Assembly: GCA_002269645.1 (NCBI GenBank)
Contig: NIVC01001905.1
Location: forward strand, 62,001-126,000
DNA from: Macrostomum lignano
Lineage: Eukaryota
Length of the DNA stretch: 64,000 nucleotides
Reading direction: 5' to 3'
Under the pieces are notes generated by a model. That model had not been told where the DNA came from, searched no databases, and saw only the letters and a list, made by a program, of their open reading frames with translations. Both the position numbers and the translations under genes were made by a program. Below are positions 36,061 through 48,790 of the stretch, piece by piece; the stretch's first letter is position 1, and each line of letters starts with the position of its first letter.

Positions 36061-36319
36061 TAGCAGTTGAATGGCAGCCATACATAAAAACAAAACTAGC
36101 GACCTGGGATAAAAAACAGCAGACTTAAATAACTTATACTTTCTTGCTACTGAACTGATAGTAGAAAGCTGTTTTACTAAGTATCTACGCCTGAGTGGCC
36201 AATCTACGAGCGTAGTTCTTTTATTATCTGTACATGAAACAGAATGAGATCTACATTCAAGAGTCACAGACAAATCACGAAAAAACAGTTGTCAACTGAT
36301 GATCACGCAGGTGAACAAG

Positions 36320-39300
36320 CTACTTAACCTGATCAGATTCAGTCCAACGTTCATAGGCTGCAACTAATAGTTGGAATTTCGCTCTCTCGCCAGCCAGAAA
36401 TCGATCGACATCGTCTAGAGGATGATCATTATCGGATGACACAGCCGCCGCAGATGGACCAGCCAATAAGCGAAACCTGTTGACTAGAAATTGACCAGCT
36501 CGACGATTTAAATCTGGACTGGAGTGAACTGCCATGGATACTTCTTCGTCTGATTGGGCACAGATTAGGCGAGCGAATGCCAGCACGCTCGGCTGGATTG
36601 GATCGGACACTGGCAGGTGGAATAGCTGAGATCTGCGGATGGGGTGGGCGATTGGGTGTGGGATTCCTGTATTAGATAGGGTTGGTATCTCCGGTGTGGC
36701 ATTTCTATATAGGGTAGGTGTGGGATTCTAGTATGGGATAGGTATGGGATTCTGGAATGGGATTCTGGTATGGGATAGGTATGGGATTCTAGTATGATAT
36801 AGGTGTGGGATTCTGGTATGATATAGGTGTGGGATTCTGGTATGATATAGGTGTGGGATTCTGGTATGATATAAGTGTGGGATTCTGGTATGATATAGGT
36901 GTGGGATTCTGGTATGATATAAGTGTGGGATTCTGGTATGATATAGGTGTGGGATTCTGGTATGGGATAGGTGTGTGATTCTAGTATGATATAGGTGTGG
37001 ATTCTGGTATGATATAGGTGTGGGATTCTGGTATAATATAGGTGTGGGATTCTGGTATGATATAAGTGTGGGATTCTGGTATGATATAAGTGTGGGATTC
37101 TGGTATGATATAAGTGTGGGATTCTGGTATGATATAGGTGTGGGATTCTGGTATGATATAAGTGTGGGATTCTGGTATGATATAAGTGTGGGATTCTGGT
37201 ATGATATAAGTGTGGGATTCTGGTATGATATAAGTGTGGGATTCTGGTATGACATAGGTGTGGGATTCTGGTATGATATAAGTGTGGGATTCTGGTATGA
37301 TATAAGTGTGGGATTCTGGTATAATATAGGTGTGGGATTCTGGTATGATATAAATGTGGGATTCTGGTATAATATAGGTGTGGGATTCTGGTATGATATA
37401 AGTGTGGGATTCTGGTATGATATAAGTGTGGGATTCTGGTATGATATAAGTGTGGGATTCTGGTATAATATAGGTGTGGGATTCTGGTATGATATAAGTG
37501 TGGGATTCTGGTATGATATAAGTGTGGGATTCTGGTATGATTTAGGTGTGGATTCTGGTATGATATAGGTGTGGATTCTGGTATGATATAGGTGTGGATT
37601 CTGGTATGATATAGGTGTGGATTCTGGTATGATTTAGGTGTGGATTCTGGTATAATATAGGTGTGGGATTCTGGTATGATATAAGTGTGGGATTCTGGTA
37701 TAATATAGGTGTGGGATTCTGGTATGATATAAGTGTGGGATTCTGGTATGATATAGGTGTGGATTCTGGTATAATATAGGTGTGGGATTCTGGTATGATA
37801 TAAGTGTGGGATTCTGGTATGATATAGGTGTGGGATTCTGTATGCGATAGGTATAGGATTTCTAAACAAGTTCCGTTTCGAATTCATACGTGGTATTACA
37901 ATGATAATATTTCACCTCTCCAATCCGAGAGCCTGAAGCTGACGAGTCTTCACCTCAATCAGCCGATCCTTGGGATTCAGGCCGAGTCTGAGGTCGGCAG
38001 TGTCGTAGGGATTCTCCCCAGGCTCAAGGCTGAACCCGGAGTAAAGAAAAAAGTCGGCGTTGCTGCGACGGCCGTACATGAAGTACAGCTGGCTGCCCGC
38101 CGGAGCGTCTTCCATTGCGTAGAACACTAGGCAGCTGTCCTCCTGAGAGTAGTCTGTTGACATCTGGGACAGTTTAGTGGGAAAATGATTTTTAATGAGC
38201 TCGTAGTAGACTGCTCTACTCGCCTATCTATCATTGAGTAGACTGCTCTACTCGCCTATCTATCATTGAGTAGACTGCTCTACTCGCCTATCTATCATTG
38301 AGTAGACTGCTCTACTCGCCTATCTATCATTGAGTAGACTGCTCTACTCACCTATCTATCATTGAGTAGACTGCTCTACTCGCCTATCTATCATTGAGTA
38401 GACTGCTCTACTCGCCTATCTATCATTGAGTAGACTGCTCTACTCGCCTATCTATCATTGAGTAGACTGCTCTACTCGCCTATCTATCATTGAGTAGACT
38501 GCTCTACTCGCCTATCTATCATTGAGTAGACTGCTCTACTCGCCTATCTATCATTGAGTAGACTGCTCTACTCGCCTATCTATCATTGAGTAGATTGCTC
38601 TACTCGCCTATCTATCATTGAGTAGACTGCTCTACTCACCTATCTATCATTGAGTAGATTGCTCTACTCACCTATCTATCATTGAGTAGATTGCTCTACT
38701 CGCCTATCTATCATTGAGTAGACTACTCTACTTTATCTACTAAACATTGAGTAGACTGGTCCAATTCATCTACCAGTCATTGAGTATACTGCTTTACCCT
38801 ACCTAACCAATCATAGGGCAGGCACTACTCAAGCCCTATGGCCTTTAATCCAACAGCATGAGCCGCTGTTACACCAACCTGACCAAATCGATGATTTCCC
38901 ATATCCCACAGAGGCACCAGAGCCAGCTCTGTCCCAGTTCCATTATTGGACAATCCGTCCCCGTTGTTTCCAGTCATTGGTACGGCATTATTTCTCGACA
39001 TCACCATGGAAACCGCCCAACGATAAGCGGCATAAGTGAAGCAACCAGATTTAGCCAATGGCAATAAGTTGGCATCACTACTAGTGGATCTTATTTGATT
39101 AAACAACCGATAAAAGTACAAATATTGCCGGCAAGTGTTGCGCAATTCGATTAATATTCGCTCCCGAACAGTTGGTTGAACAGATAGCCGACGATAAACA
39201 GTTGGAGTAGAGCTCAAACACACGGGCGCTATGCCTGTTGGCAGGCAGTTAAGATAGGCTGAATGGGGAGACGCCGGGCCCAGACTAAGGTGGTGCAGCA

Positions 39301-40845
39301 GGTACAGAGCCAGACAGGCGTTTGGCATTCGCTGGCACATTGGATCGTCGGATAGGCGGACGGCTCGCCAGGCTGGACACAGTAGTGCATCCGTGTGAGT
39401 CAGCATCTGACTGCGAGGCACCTTTAGTAGCAGCTGGCCAGCCTGGGGAGAGGGGAGACAGGCGATCGCTTACTGGCTGACAAATTTGACAGGACATTGT
39501 AGCTGTGGGAACTAAGGGATCAATAAAAGATGATTTGGGAGAGTGTTAGCTCACCTACGAAATCTGGGACGATGGCCCAGCAACTGAGGATCTGGGAGGC
39601 TGGCCCAGCAACTGAGGATCTGGGAGGCTGGCCCAGCAACTAAGGATCTGGGAGGCTGGCCCAGCAACTGAGGATCTGGGAGGCTGGCCCAGCAACTGAG
39701 GATCTGGGAGGCTGGCCCAGAAACTGAGGATCTGGGAGGCTGGCCCAGAAACTGGGGATCTGGGAGGCTGGCCCAGAAACTGAGGACCTGGGAGGCTGGC
39801 CCAGAAACTGGGGATCCGGGAGGCTGACCCAGAAACTGGGGATCCGGGAGGCTGGCCCATCAACTGAGGATCTGGGAGGCTGGCCCAGAAACTGGGGATC
39901 CGGGAGGCTGGCCCAGCAACTGAGGATCTGGGAGGCTGGCAGAGTCCCATCAGCCTAAATAACCAGCAACAGACGCAAGAACAGCGCTCACTTTAACATC
40001 CTCCTCAGCTCGCAGGCCGACACCTTGCAGGCCAAAGTTGGCAAATCCAATGCCGCTACTAACGAAGCCACCGCTGGCACTGGCTACATGCTGTCGCAGT
40101 TCGGACAGCTGGCCAAGACGATCAGTTTCAGTCGAGTTCAGCATTGGCTGGCCAATTCCTGTAGAAAAGAGAGTATCGTGCGGAACCTATAATCATAAAT
40201 TTTGATAATTGTTCACTTAGTTAGAGGGTAAAAGTTGGGAGTAACTATTATCCTCCCTCGGCATCTAATTAGTGTTCAACCAGTGCTGACGGCTACTCTG
40301 ACCATTTCGCTGGCTTCTGAGCACATACAAGTGCTCAAATATATACACATGTATGTACACAGGATGTGCAGCGGCCCTGACTTTCTAACCGTCAGGCATG
40401 TAAACTTTGTCCGGTGGAGGTTGGCTTACATGGGTTGCAAAATCGCACAACCATCAGACTAATTCTTATGCTTATAAGCCTCAAATTAATGGACTGAATA
40501 AAAAAATGATATTATATGATAATTTCTATAGAAGAGATTTAATTACTTGGAATTTTTAAATCTATCAATTTTTAGGTTTCTATATCAATATCAAAGTCTA
40601 CTAACCATTCTCTATCTCATTGAGCTTGTCAAGTGCAGCACCGAATTCTTCAAAAGTTGATTGTAATTCTCCTGGCGAAGGCAGGTCATTGGGCGCACAT
40701 ACTAGAAAAAAATAATTCAAAAAGAAAAAAATTGTTTTGATTAAAATTGATTGATTAAAATTGATTAAAATGCAATTATTATAATAATATAACCTTGCTT
40801 CTACTTACACTGGATCAATTTCTTATGAATTACTTCCAATGCCAT
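36320..40845 (-). CDS. SETD3: SETD3-like actin-histidine N-methyltransferase (SET + Rubisco-LSMT substrate-binding domain), 474 aa, 6 coding exons
   Basis: complement(join(36320-36632,37916-38163,38879-39442,39992-40158,40606-40701,40809-40845)) = 1425 nt, GT-AG, phases consistent. Motifs GVGLRAEEDVK, LLKVPRSQML, YRWAVSMVMSRNNAVP, LALVPLWDMGNH, QLYFMYGRRSNADFFLYSGF and VLAFARLIC align with the human SETD3 motifs I recall. In-frame TGA upstream of ATG 40845. Confidence 0.9.
36715..37858. repeat. 24-bp minisatellite (GGGATTCTGGTATGATATAAGTGT), SETD3 intron 5
   Basis: Direct reading. Confidence 0.97.
38208..38775. repeat. 32-bp minisatellite (GAGTAGACTGCTCTACTCGCCTATCTATCATT) with an internal hairpin, ~17 units, SETD3 intron 4
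   Basis: Period 32 (38221/38253); GAGTAGA-ctgc-TCTACTC is a 7-bp stem. Confidence 0.96.
39572..39940. repeat. 28-bp minisatellite, copy 2, SETD3 intron 3
   Basis: Same unit and orientation as 28598-29128. Confidence 0.95.
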
Positions 40846-41204
40846 AATGTGAAGACTTCAATTACCTGAAATGAGTACGAAAGATTATTCTATAGACCCT
40901 ATTATTAATTTAGCATTTACAATTGCCATATAACAATTATAGCTGCTTTTGAGAGGGGGTACTGATAACACTCATAGGCAAAGATAACTAGCAATGACTA
41001 GATACAATTTATTGTTGCAAAACTAGTAACTAGCCTAGCCTATTAAGCAAATATTAAGAAATATAAAAATATGTTTTATATAAAGAACTCGCTTTACCTT
41101 TTTAATTTTACGCATGCACTTAGAGCAAACCATTTCAATTGCATCATCTCACAAATATCATCATAGCTTTGACTAATTTTGACACAAAAAACTTATGCTA
41201 AAAC

Positions 41205-41982
41205 TCAATCAATCAATCCATTAATCAATCAATCAATCAATCAAGAAATCAATCAAACAAGCAATTAATCAATCAATCAATCCATTAATTAATCAATACA
41301 TCAATCCATTAATTAATCCATCAATCAATAGAGCAGTTCATCAATCAAAAAATCAAACAAGTCATAAATTAATCAATCAATCAATAAATCTATGAATCAT
41401 TAAATCAATCGACCAATTCATCAATCAATAAATCTATTCATCAATCAATCAACCAATGCATCAATAAATCAACCAATTCAACAATCAATAAATTTATTCA
41501 TCATGCAATCAGTCAATCACTTCATCAATCAATCAATCAATCCATCAAGCAATCAATCAATTCATCAATCAATCAACCAATTTAACAATCAATAAGTCTA
41601 TTCATCATGCAATCAATCAATCAATTCATCAACCAATCAACAAATCATCAATCAATCAATCTATTCATGATTCAATCGACCAATTCAACAACTAATCAAA
41701 CATTCAATTAATCAATTCATCATGCAATCAACCAATTCATCAATTAATCAATCTATTCCACCAATTCATCAATCAATCAATCTAATTACCATTCAATCAA
41801 CCAACTATTTCATCAATCAATCAATCTATTTATCATTCAATCAACCAATTCATCAATCAATCAATCTAATTACCATTCAATCAACCAACTCTTTCATCAA
41901 TAAATCAATCTATTCCACCAATCAACCAATTCATCAATCAATTCATCAATCAATCAATCAAGTCATCAATCAATCAATAGAT
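41205..41982. repeat. Degenerate (TCAA)n microsatellite
   Basis: Direct reading. Confidence 0.9.
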
Positions 41983-42710
41983 TAATAGCTGCCAAAAAAT
42001 GATCACAACAGCAGCCACCACAACAACATAAGCGCATCTGCACAAATTATTAGCAATTTTAATCTTTGCCAAGAATTCATGAAACTCTTTCTCATCATTG
42101 AGCCTGGGAAATACACAGTCAGGCATAGGAACTCCCAGAAATTTGCATAGAGGTTCCCAACCATCAGAGCAATGGAACTCCATCAATTGTTCAGGTGGAA
42201 CTGATCTACAAACAGACTCATTCCTTGCTTTGAACCTCCAAGCCAATTCTTCTTCATCAATTTCAAGGAAGTCATCACCAAACTTCAAGCTCTAAGCATA
42301 CATCAACACTCCCAAAAGTAAAGAAAAGAGCTCCTATACAAAAGCTTAAAAAATGGCAAATTTTATTTCTACTTTTCCACCTATGAAATCAAAAGCTTTA
42401 ATGATTTTAGTCTTTGTTACTTATTGGCCAATAGTACTAAATATAGGAAATACAAAGAATATACAATGAGTTTTAGGGATAGACATTGAAATATATAGGG
42501 AGCAATTGACAATCAGATTTTTTCAAGGTACTTTCTAGAAGAGTCTACACACTAAAGCTCTCTTGTCACCTTAGACCACTTTTGTAGCCATAATTAATCA
42601 TTGTTATCAATGAGGTTTTTTATTGAGCCATTGTGAATTCTCTGTGTTAGAGGATACACTAGCTTTTTGTATATATAGAAAAAGCTTTATAGAGTGAATT
42701 GGTCTGAAAT
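41974..42710 (-). pseudogene. Sulfotransferase family 4-like (P-loop fold) gene, 3' part: terminal exon open, upstream exon decayed
   Basis: 41974-42291 encodes ...RNESVCRSVPPEQLMEFHCSDGWEPLCKFLGVPMPDCVFPRLND... plus a hydrophobic C-terminal helix, matching the family motif VP.D.LL.F....GWEPLC.FLG.P.P...FP..N. The upstream 42420-42705 segment has stops in all three frames and only faint resemblance. Confidence 0.6.
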
Positions 42711-43387
42711 TGCACAAATATAATTATAAAATAATCTACATAATACCTACAATGCCAAATTATGTATATCACATTCCCACTTTATGCATTGAGAAATTTA
42801 TTGCACACCCCTTAGTTGGTTTTAGCTAAAAACCACTAAGCTATTCTCTAACTTAATTATAGCTATATCTGCAACTATGGCAAAACTTTATAGATAGCTT
42901 ATAAGAGTTTCATATAAATCTGATTATCTAAGCTATATTTAAAAATATTTTTTCTGAATAAATTTTAAATAAAAAATAAAAAATCTACTAAAAATGTTTT
43001 TTAAATAATGTTTAAAAATGTTTGAGCAGTTAATATATATTTTATAAAAAGCTATCTTAATAATCTATCTATGTTTTTAAAGTATATCACAAGCAAGCAA
43101 TCTAAGTTGATGAATCTAATAATTATTTTTTATATAAAGGCAATCTATATTAGGCCCTATAGCAATAAACTGAAAATTAGAAAAATCTTTGTTTAAAAAC
43201 AATTTCTTTTAGTTGATTTAGAATTCTATATCTAAACTATTATATTACTATATTAGTAGCTTTTTTATTATAGCTGCAAAGCAAAGTGGCTTTTGTTGCA
43301 TTCTAACAAATGTAATATAAAAATACAAAACATACATGCGCATCTGCTGGCCGACCTGGCCGATCTGGCCACCATAAATTGTGGCCA

Positions 43388-43520
43388 CCGGATTTTTAAT
43401 CCCAGGATTGCAAAAGCACTGGGATTCCAGGATTTTGAATCCCAGGATTTCAACAGCATCAGGATTTTGGGACTATTCAATCCCAGGATTGTAAAATGTC
43501 GGGATTTTGGAATCCCTACC
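43388..43520. mobile_element. Probable hAT-type terminus with GGGATT/AATCCC subterminal repeats (one end only)
   Basis: Ends ...GGGATTTTGGAATCCCTA (reverse complement TAGGGATTCCAAAATCCC); repeated AATCCCAGGATT; partner end not found. Confidence 0.4.
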
Positions 43521-44318
43521 CATAGGCACCTATTTTACCATATTTGCCATAGGATCCCGTAGCTATAGCTATGGCTATGGCGGAACACTACATACATTAG
43601 GCCTATTTTATTAAAAACAAAACTTGAACTTGAAGTGTATTGTGTATAGAGATTAGGCCTATAAAATTATAAAAGTAGGCCTAATGGGTCACCTAGTATA
43701 AGAAGTTGGCAAAGCACTTTTCTAGGTAGAGATAGAGTTACAAACATCAAATAGGTTCAAAACTTTTTATTTTCCTACTGATACTAGCTCTAGAACCAAT
43801 CTTTGTGAAAAGCCTATTTATAACACTTGAATGATTAAATCTAAATTGCAAGTTGACTAAAGTAAAATATTTATCCTGTAATTAGCTACACTACACCGCT
43901 GCTTCAATGCTTTCCCTCCTGCCCTGCCCCCTTTACTGTTGCAAATTTAAGTATGTGCCTCTGTGGCCAAAAGTCATGTTTAGACAAATGTGATAGCTAG
44001 GCCTAATTCATATTTTTATAGGCCTAAGAATTGTGAGATCAACAAAGTGCTTCTAAAAATTGGTCAGTTAATAGAAGACAAGAGACTAGCCCTATAACTA
44101 ACTATAAGAAACTTGAATTTATGAAAATTACATAGGCCTAGAATTTAGAAAATCAATTACTTTCAATACTATAGGATTATAAACAATTAAATGCTTTGTT
44201 CAATCTTTATAGAAATAAGAGTTGCAAAATAAAGCAGCCAATTGGCCATGGCCATGGGCCTATGAAGTCTTATTATGTAAGAACAATATGCCTATAGAAC
44301 TAGTGGTACGCGCACGCT

Positions 44319-44593
44319 GTCATTTTGTCTGCCGCCTTATATTCGTAGACGACCATGATTGATACGACGCGGTGGCGGTGGTGGGGCCACTCACGGGGCC
44401 AATCACTATCACATCTTTTTTAAAAAACAATTCGCCATCGCAAAAAAATATGTCTGGCAAATTAACTTTTCTATTATGAATATTCGCCACGAGGTTTCGT
44501 CGCCAATTTTCGCGTACATTTTTATTCACAACTTGTCGTTGTCGATCGATCAATCGATCGGGGCCCCCTGCTCAAGACGGCAGACAAAATGAC
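44319..44593. mobile_element. ~275-bp element bounded by an inverted repeat (MITE-like)
   Basis: GTCATTTTGTCTGCCG (44319-44334) versus CGGCAGACAAAATGAC (44578-44593), perfect over 16 bp and extending with mismatches; no clear TSD. Confidence 0.6.
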
Positions 44594-44884
44594 TTTTTGA
44601 AAAAAAAATTTAACTTGGTTGCATATATTGTGAAGCTTATTTTTAAACTCGGTTTTTTTGAAAATCTATATTTTGAGTCATGTAGAAATTTATTGTAAGA
44701 TGTCAGTTTTGTAGGTGCAAGTTTGTTTTCCCTAACATTTCAGAGAAATGTGATAATTCGTTATATATTATTCTAACATCCCATTTGGAGATTTTGATTT
44801 TAACTATGATCAGTGGCGCCATCTTGGAAGAGGGCGGGGAAGCGGGCGCCCCCCCCCCCTCCTTAGGCGGAGACCAGAAAAAAT

Positions 44885-46155
44885 CGCGCTGGAATGCACT
44901 GCATCTCCGAATTAGCTGCTGAACACGATTCTGCGCAACCGCAACCACCTCTTCCGCCCGGCCTTCATCCACTGCTCGCTGCTGAGCCTCCAAAGCGGCT
45001 TCCGTCCGGGCAGGTCCACTACTGAACAGTTTACAACCATCCGCTCTGTCATCGAGGCCTGTAAGACCCGTCAACGCTCCGTGTCAATCATCTTCGTCGA
45101 CTTCGCAAAGGCGCGTTTGACTCGGTGTCCAGGCCTGCGATCGCGTGGCTTCTATCTCAAATTATGGCGTACCTGCTGCGCTGGTGAGCGCGGTGATGGA
45201 CCTCTACCGCGACTCCATGGCTTTTGTCAATTGTCATGTCGAGCGACGGCCCCACAGAAGTGTTCGGCACCAGCTCAGGCGTCCTTCAGCGACACGCCGG
45301 CTCAGCTCTGCCTCTGCTCTTCCTCGTGTTTATGGACGTGCTTCCGATCGTCGGTCTCTCCGCGAGGATGACAGCTAACTTGCTGGTCTCACGCCGAAAG
45401 CTCCAGACACCCTGCTGTTTTTCGCTTCCCGCTCTATAGCGTATGCTGACGACATCGCGCGCTGCTCTGCCGCGATCCAGCTGCTGCCCAGAGCGCTCTC
45501 ACAAGGCTCTGCGGCGAGGGCGCCCGTGTTGGGCTGCTGGTGAACGCTTGCAAAACTAAGCTGCGCTGCACGTGGGCACGAATACCGCCCCAACTCTCAC
45601 GCTGCCCAATGGAGACCGTATCGCGGTGTGCGACGACCCCGATGCGATTGTTTCCGAACCAGGCCTGGCGCGCCGCGCATCTCCTCAGGAACGTCTTCAA
45701 TTGAGCTGCCAGAGACGACCTGCTGAAAGTGCGCCTGTTCCGCGCGGCCGTCGAGCCGATCCTGCTGTACGGCATGGAGGCTGTGCCGCTGACCGAGACG
45801 CGAGAGCGAGCCCTGGATGCGCTCTACCGATCGCTGCTGCGCTATACGCGCTGGGCGTGCACCACCCGGAACGCCTGCCGACCAACGCTCTGATGGCCCG
45901 CGCTGGAACTCTGCCCCTGAGCGCTACGCTGCGCCGGCTTCGCCAGATGCTGCTGGGCCACTGCCTACGGACCCTGGGCCGCGGAGCGCCCGTCCCTCTG
46001 GCCCTGGCCCTGTTGCACCGGCCGACCGAGCAATCGTGACCAGGCCCGCACTGCCACTCTAACGGACTGGTTCAGCGCTGAGACTTGCAGGCGCTTGAGC
46101 TGACCCCTTAGGCTGCTGCTGCCTGCCCCTCCCGCCTATTCCTTGAGCGCGTTGG
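44885..46155 (+). mobile_element. Non-LTR retrotransposon (RTE/RTEX-like) reverse transcriptase fragment, 5'-truncated and frameshifted
   Basis: Pieced across frames: LQSGFRPGRSTTEQ, SVSIIFVDFAKA(F)DSVSR, YGVPAALVSAVMDLY, SSGVLQ(G)DT, YADD at 45442-45453, KVRLFRAAVEPILLYGME, LRRLRQMLLGHCLR. Confidence 0.9.
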
Positions 46156-47814
46156 CGCAGGGGCCTCCCCTCTGTGTCTTAATATATATAATCTTGATAA
46201 GCCTTTAGCCTTTAGGGGCCAAAAAATCCCTCACAAGTGCTAGCTTCACTCAAAATTGCATCTTTGAAAGTAATAAAATATTCTATTTGTGAAACATATA
46301 GAAGTTAAAAAATGTGACAAATTTTGTCGACAAAAAGACGATTTAAAAGTGTAAACTTTGCACATTTCAGTTTTAGGAGGAGGCTTTTTATAACTAACTA
46401 TAAGAAAGAATAATTAACTCCGTGGTAATGGGTTCAAATTCACGCGTTCCATGCAACCCGGAAATTCTGCGCAGAGTACACGGGTCCTCAATTCCGGGGG
46501 AGTGTAGATATTTCGTCGAGTAGGCTAGCCTTGACGCGATGTAGGCTTAACTTTGAGTTTCTTGTATTTCTACTATGAGTAGCGTGAAAGCTGCCACCAA
46601 TGTAATTAACGGTAATACGGTCTTGCATTTCTCAGAGCCGCGGAGAGTTGAGAGTTGAGATTTTCAAGTGCCTGCTGGGGTAAAGGACTGGAATAACATA
46701 CAAAAAATGGGTAAGCGAGCGCGTTAGTAAAAGTCAAGTAAATTTTTATTTTCATTGTGTTATCGTTTTTATTAGCACTAAAATTGTATTGTGAAGTTTT
46801 AAAGGAAAGGACCTCTCCTCTCCTCTCTTGATCTCCTTTATCTCTCCTATCCTATCCTTTCTCTCCCCTCTTTTCTTCCTTATTCCATCGCCTTTTAATT
46901 TCCTATCTCCAAACTCTTTTTTTTTCTTCTCTATTCTTTCCAGCTTTTCTCTCTCTGCATGCTCAATCTGGGCCTTAAGTTTGCCGACCCTTGGTGTACA
47001 TGTTTTGATGCCGGACTGGAATCTCAACTCAAGTAGGCCACTATACCATTATGCATGCATAAAACTGTCACCGGAGCAACTATTTGACACGAGATGGTGG
47101 GAGTTGCTGCCTAGCTCTTACACCAATAATTAACACGGGGTTAAGGCGCCAACTCCAACTCCAACTTCAACCAGCGCCAGACTAACCGGCGCCAAAATTG
47201 GCAGGCAAGCCACAGCACAATGCGACCCTTTCACACCCTCCTCCACCCCAAATTGACTTGGGCCTTGCCTGCCTGCTTGCGTGTCAGCGCCATCTGCCGC
47301 TGCCGCCACTGCCGCCGCCGACAAAGAGAAGCAGCTTTTGATGCGTTAAAAAAGAAATATTTTGGACTCGTCTCTCCTGTTTGTTTTGGAATAGATTTCA
47401 ATTCATCATCAAGTTTAGCTGGAGATGTTTTAGCTCATGGTCTAATTTATAAATAAAGCATATTTGCACGCCCCCTGTCGTCTGGCATGACTGTTTTGAA
47501 AGATATAACAAGCCATAAATAATGATCATAAGGGGGGGGGGGGTTCATTCAGTTTGCCGGTTTTCATTGTTGTCAAACTTGCCTCAACTATAGTGACAAT
47601 TGGCTACCACCCCCTCATGGCTCAAAAACCCTACTGGCGCCAAAACTCTCACCCTAACCTTCTAGAAAAAGCAGGCCTCCGCTCCACCTTGCTTCTTCTT
47701 TTGAATACTTGCCCTTATCTGTATCTATCTTCCTTACTTACTAGACCCTCACCTTGCTTGTATTTGAGGTGACTAAGTAAAATCTTAACCGAACAGCCCG
47801 AACTGTTTAACTCG

Positions 47815-48790
47815 TCAATGCCGACCTACCTATCTACCTACCTACCTACCTGGCTACCTACCTACCTACCTACTTACAGTGGCGGCGCAGGAGGGCAGGG
47901 GGGGGGGGGCAGCTGCCCCCCCCGGGTGACCACAGGTCACTGCCTCAAGGGGTGACCACCCCACCATTCTCACGGCCCTCGAAAAGACCCTAGGAAGGGA
48001 GGGCAGATGGTCACCCCCTGCTATGCAACTTGCATCAATGATTAAAAATGCATTTTTATAATAATTTTCGTGTTGTACATTCGTTTTGTTAGAAGTGTGT
48101 CATAATTTGTTCGTAATTTTTTACTTTCTTAGAATACTTTCTATTTGTGGATGGATCCTTATGTACTTACTTTAAACTAATTTTCTTCCACGTGTTTAAG
48201 AGATACTAAGGTGATGACTGTGACGTGTAAGTTTTGGCTTCTGAGTCTGTTAATTTAATTACGATTGGTAGGGGAAGTGGGGGGTGACCACCTAACTACT
48301 GCCCCCCCCCCGACCAGAGATACTGCGCCGCCACTGCCTACTTATCTACCGTTACCTAGCTACCTATGGTAGGTAGCATTACGGCTAGGGAGGTAACATT
48401 ACGGCTACCTATCTAGCTGCCTACCTACCTACATACTTACCAAGCCACTTTATCAATCAAACAATCTACCTAACTACCGAGCTACCTACCCAACAATCTA
48501 CCTACCCAGCTACATACGTACCTGCCTACCTACGTACCTGCCTACCTACCTACCTGGCTACCTACCTACCTACCTGGCTACCTATCTACCTACCTACCTA
48601 CCTACCTACCTACCTACCTACCTACCTACCTGGCTACCTACCTGCCTACCTACCTACCTACCTACCTACCTACCTACCTACCTACCTACCTGGCTACCTA
48701 CCTGCCTACCTACCTACCTACCTACCTACCTACCTACCTACCTACCTACCTACCTGGCTACCTACTATACCTACTACCTAACCTGGCTTA
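47815..48790. repeat. (CCTA)n microsatellite interrupted by the hAT MITE
   Basis: Direct reading. Confidence 0.9.
47877..48336. mobile_element. Non-autonomous hAT MITE (460 bp)
   Basis: 14-bp perfect TIR CAGTGGCGGCGCAG / CTGCGCCGCCACTG; perfect 8-bp TSD CCTACTTA at 47869-47876 and 48337-48344. Confidence 0.92.

Noticed and set aside
40606-40701. Idea that a spliced-leader AUG supplies the SETD3 start codon at this exon
   Set aside because: The exon begins in phase 1, so a leader AUG would be out of frame. A genomic ATG exon exists at 40809-40845.
43336-43375. Alternative SETD3 first exon (MVARSARSASRCA, GTATGT donor, phase 1)
   Set aside because: 40809-40845 gives a nearer perfect donor (GTAAGT), the correct phase and better similarity to the SETD3 N-terminus. 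The alternative abuts a transposon-like end.
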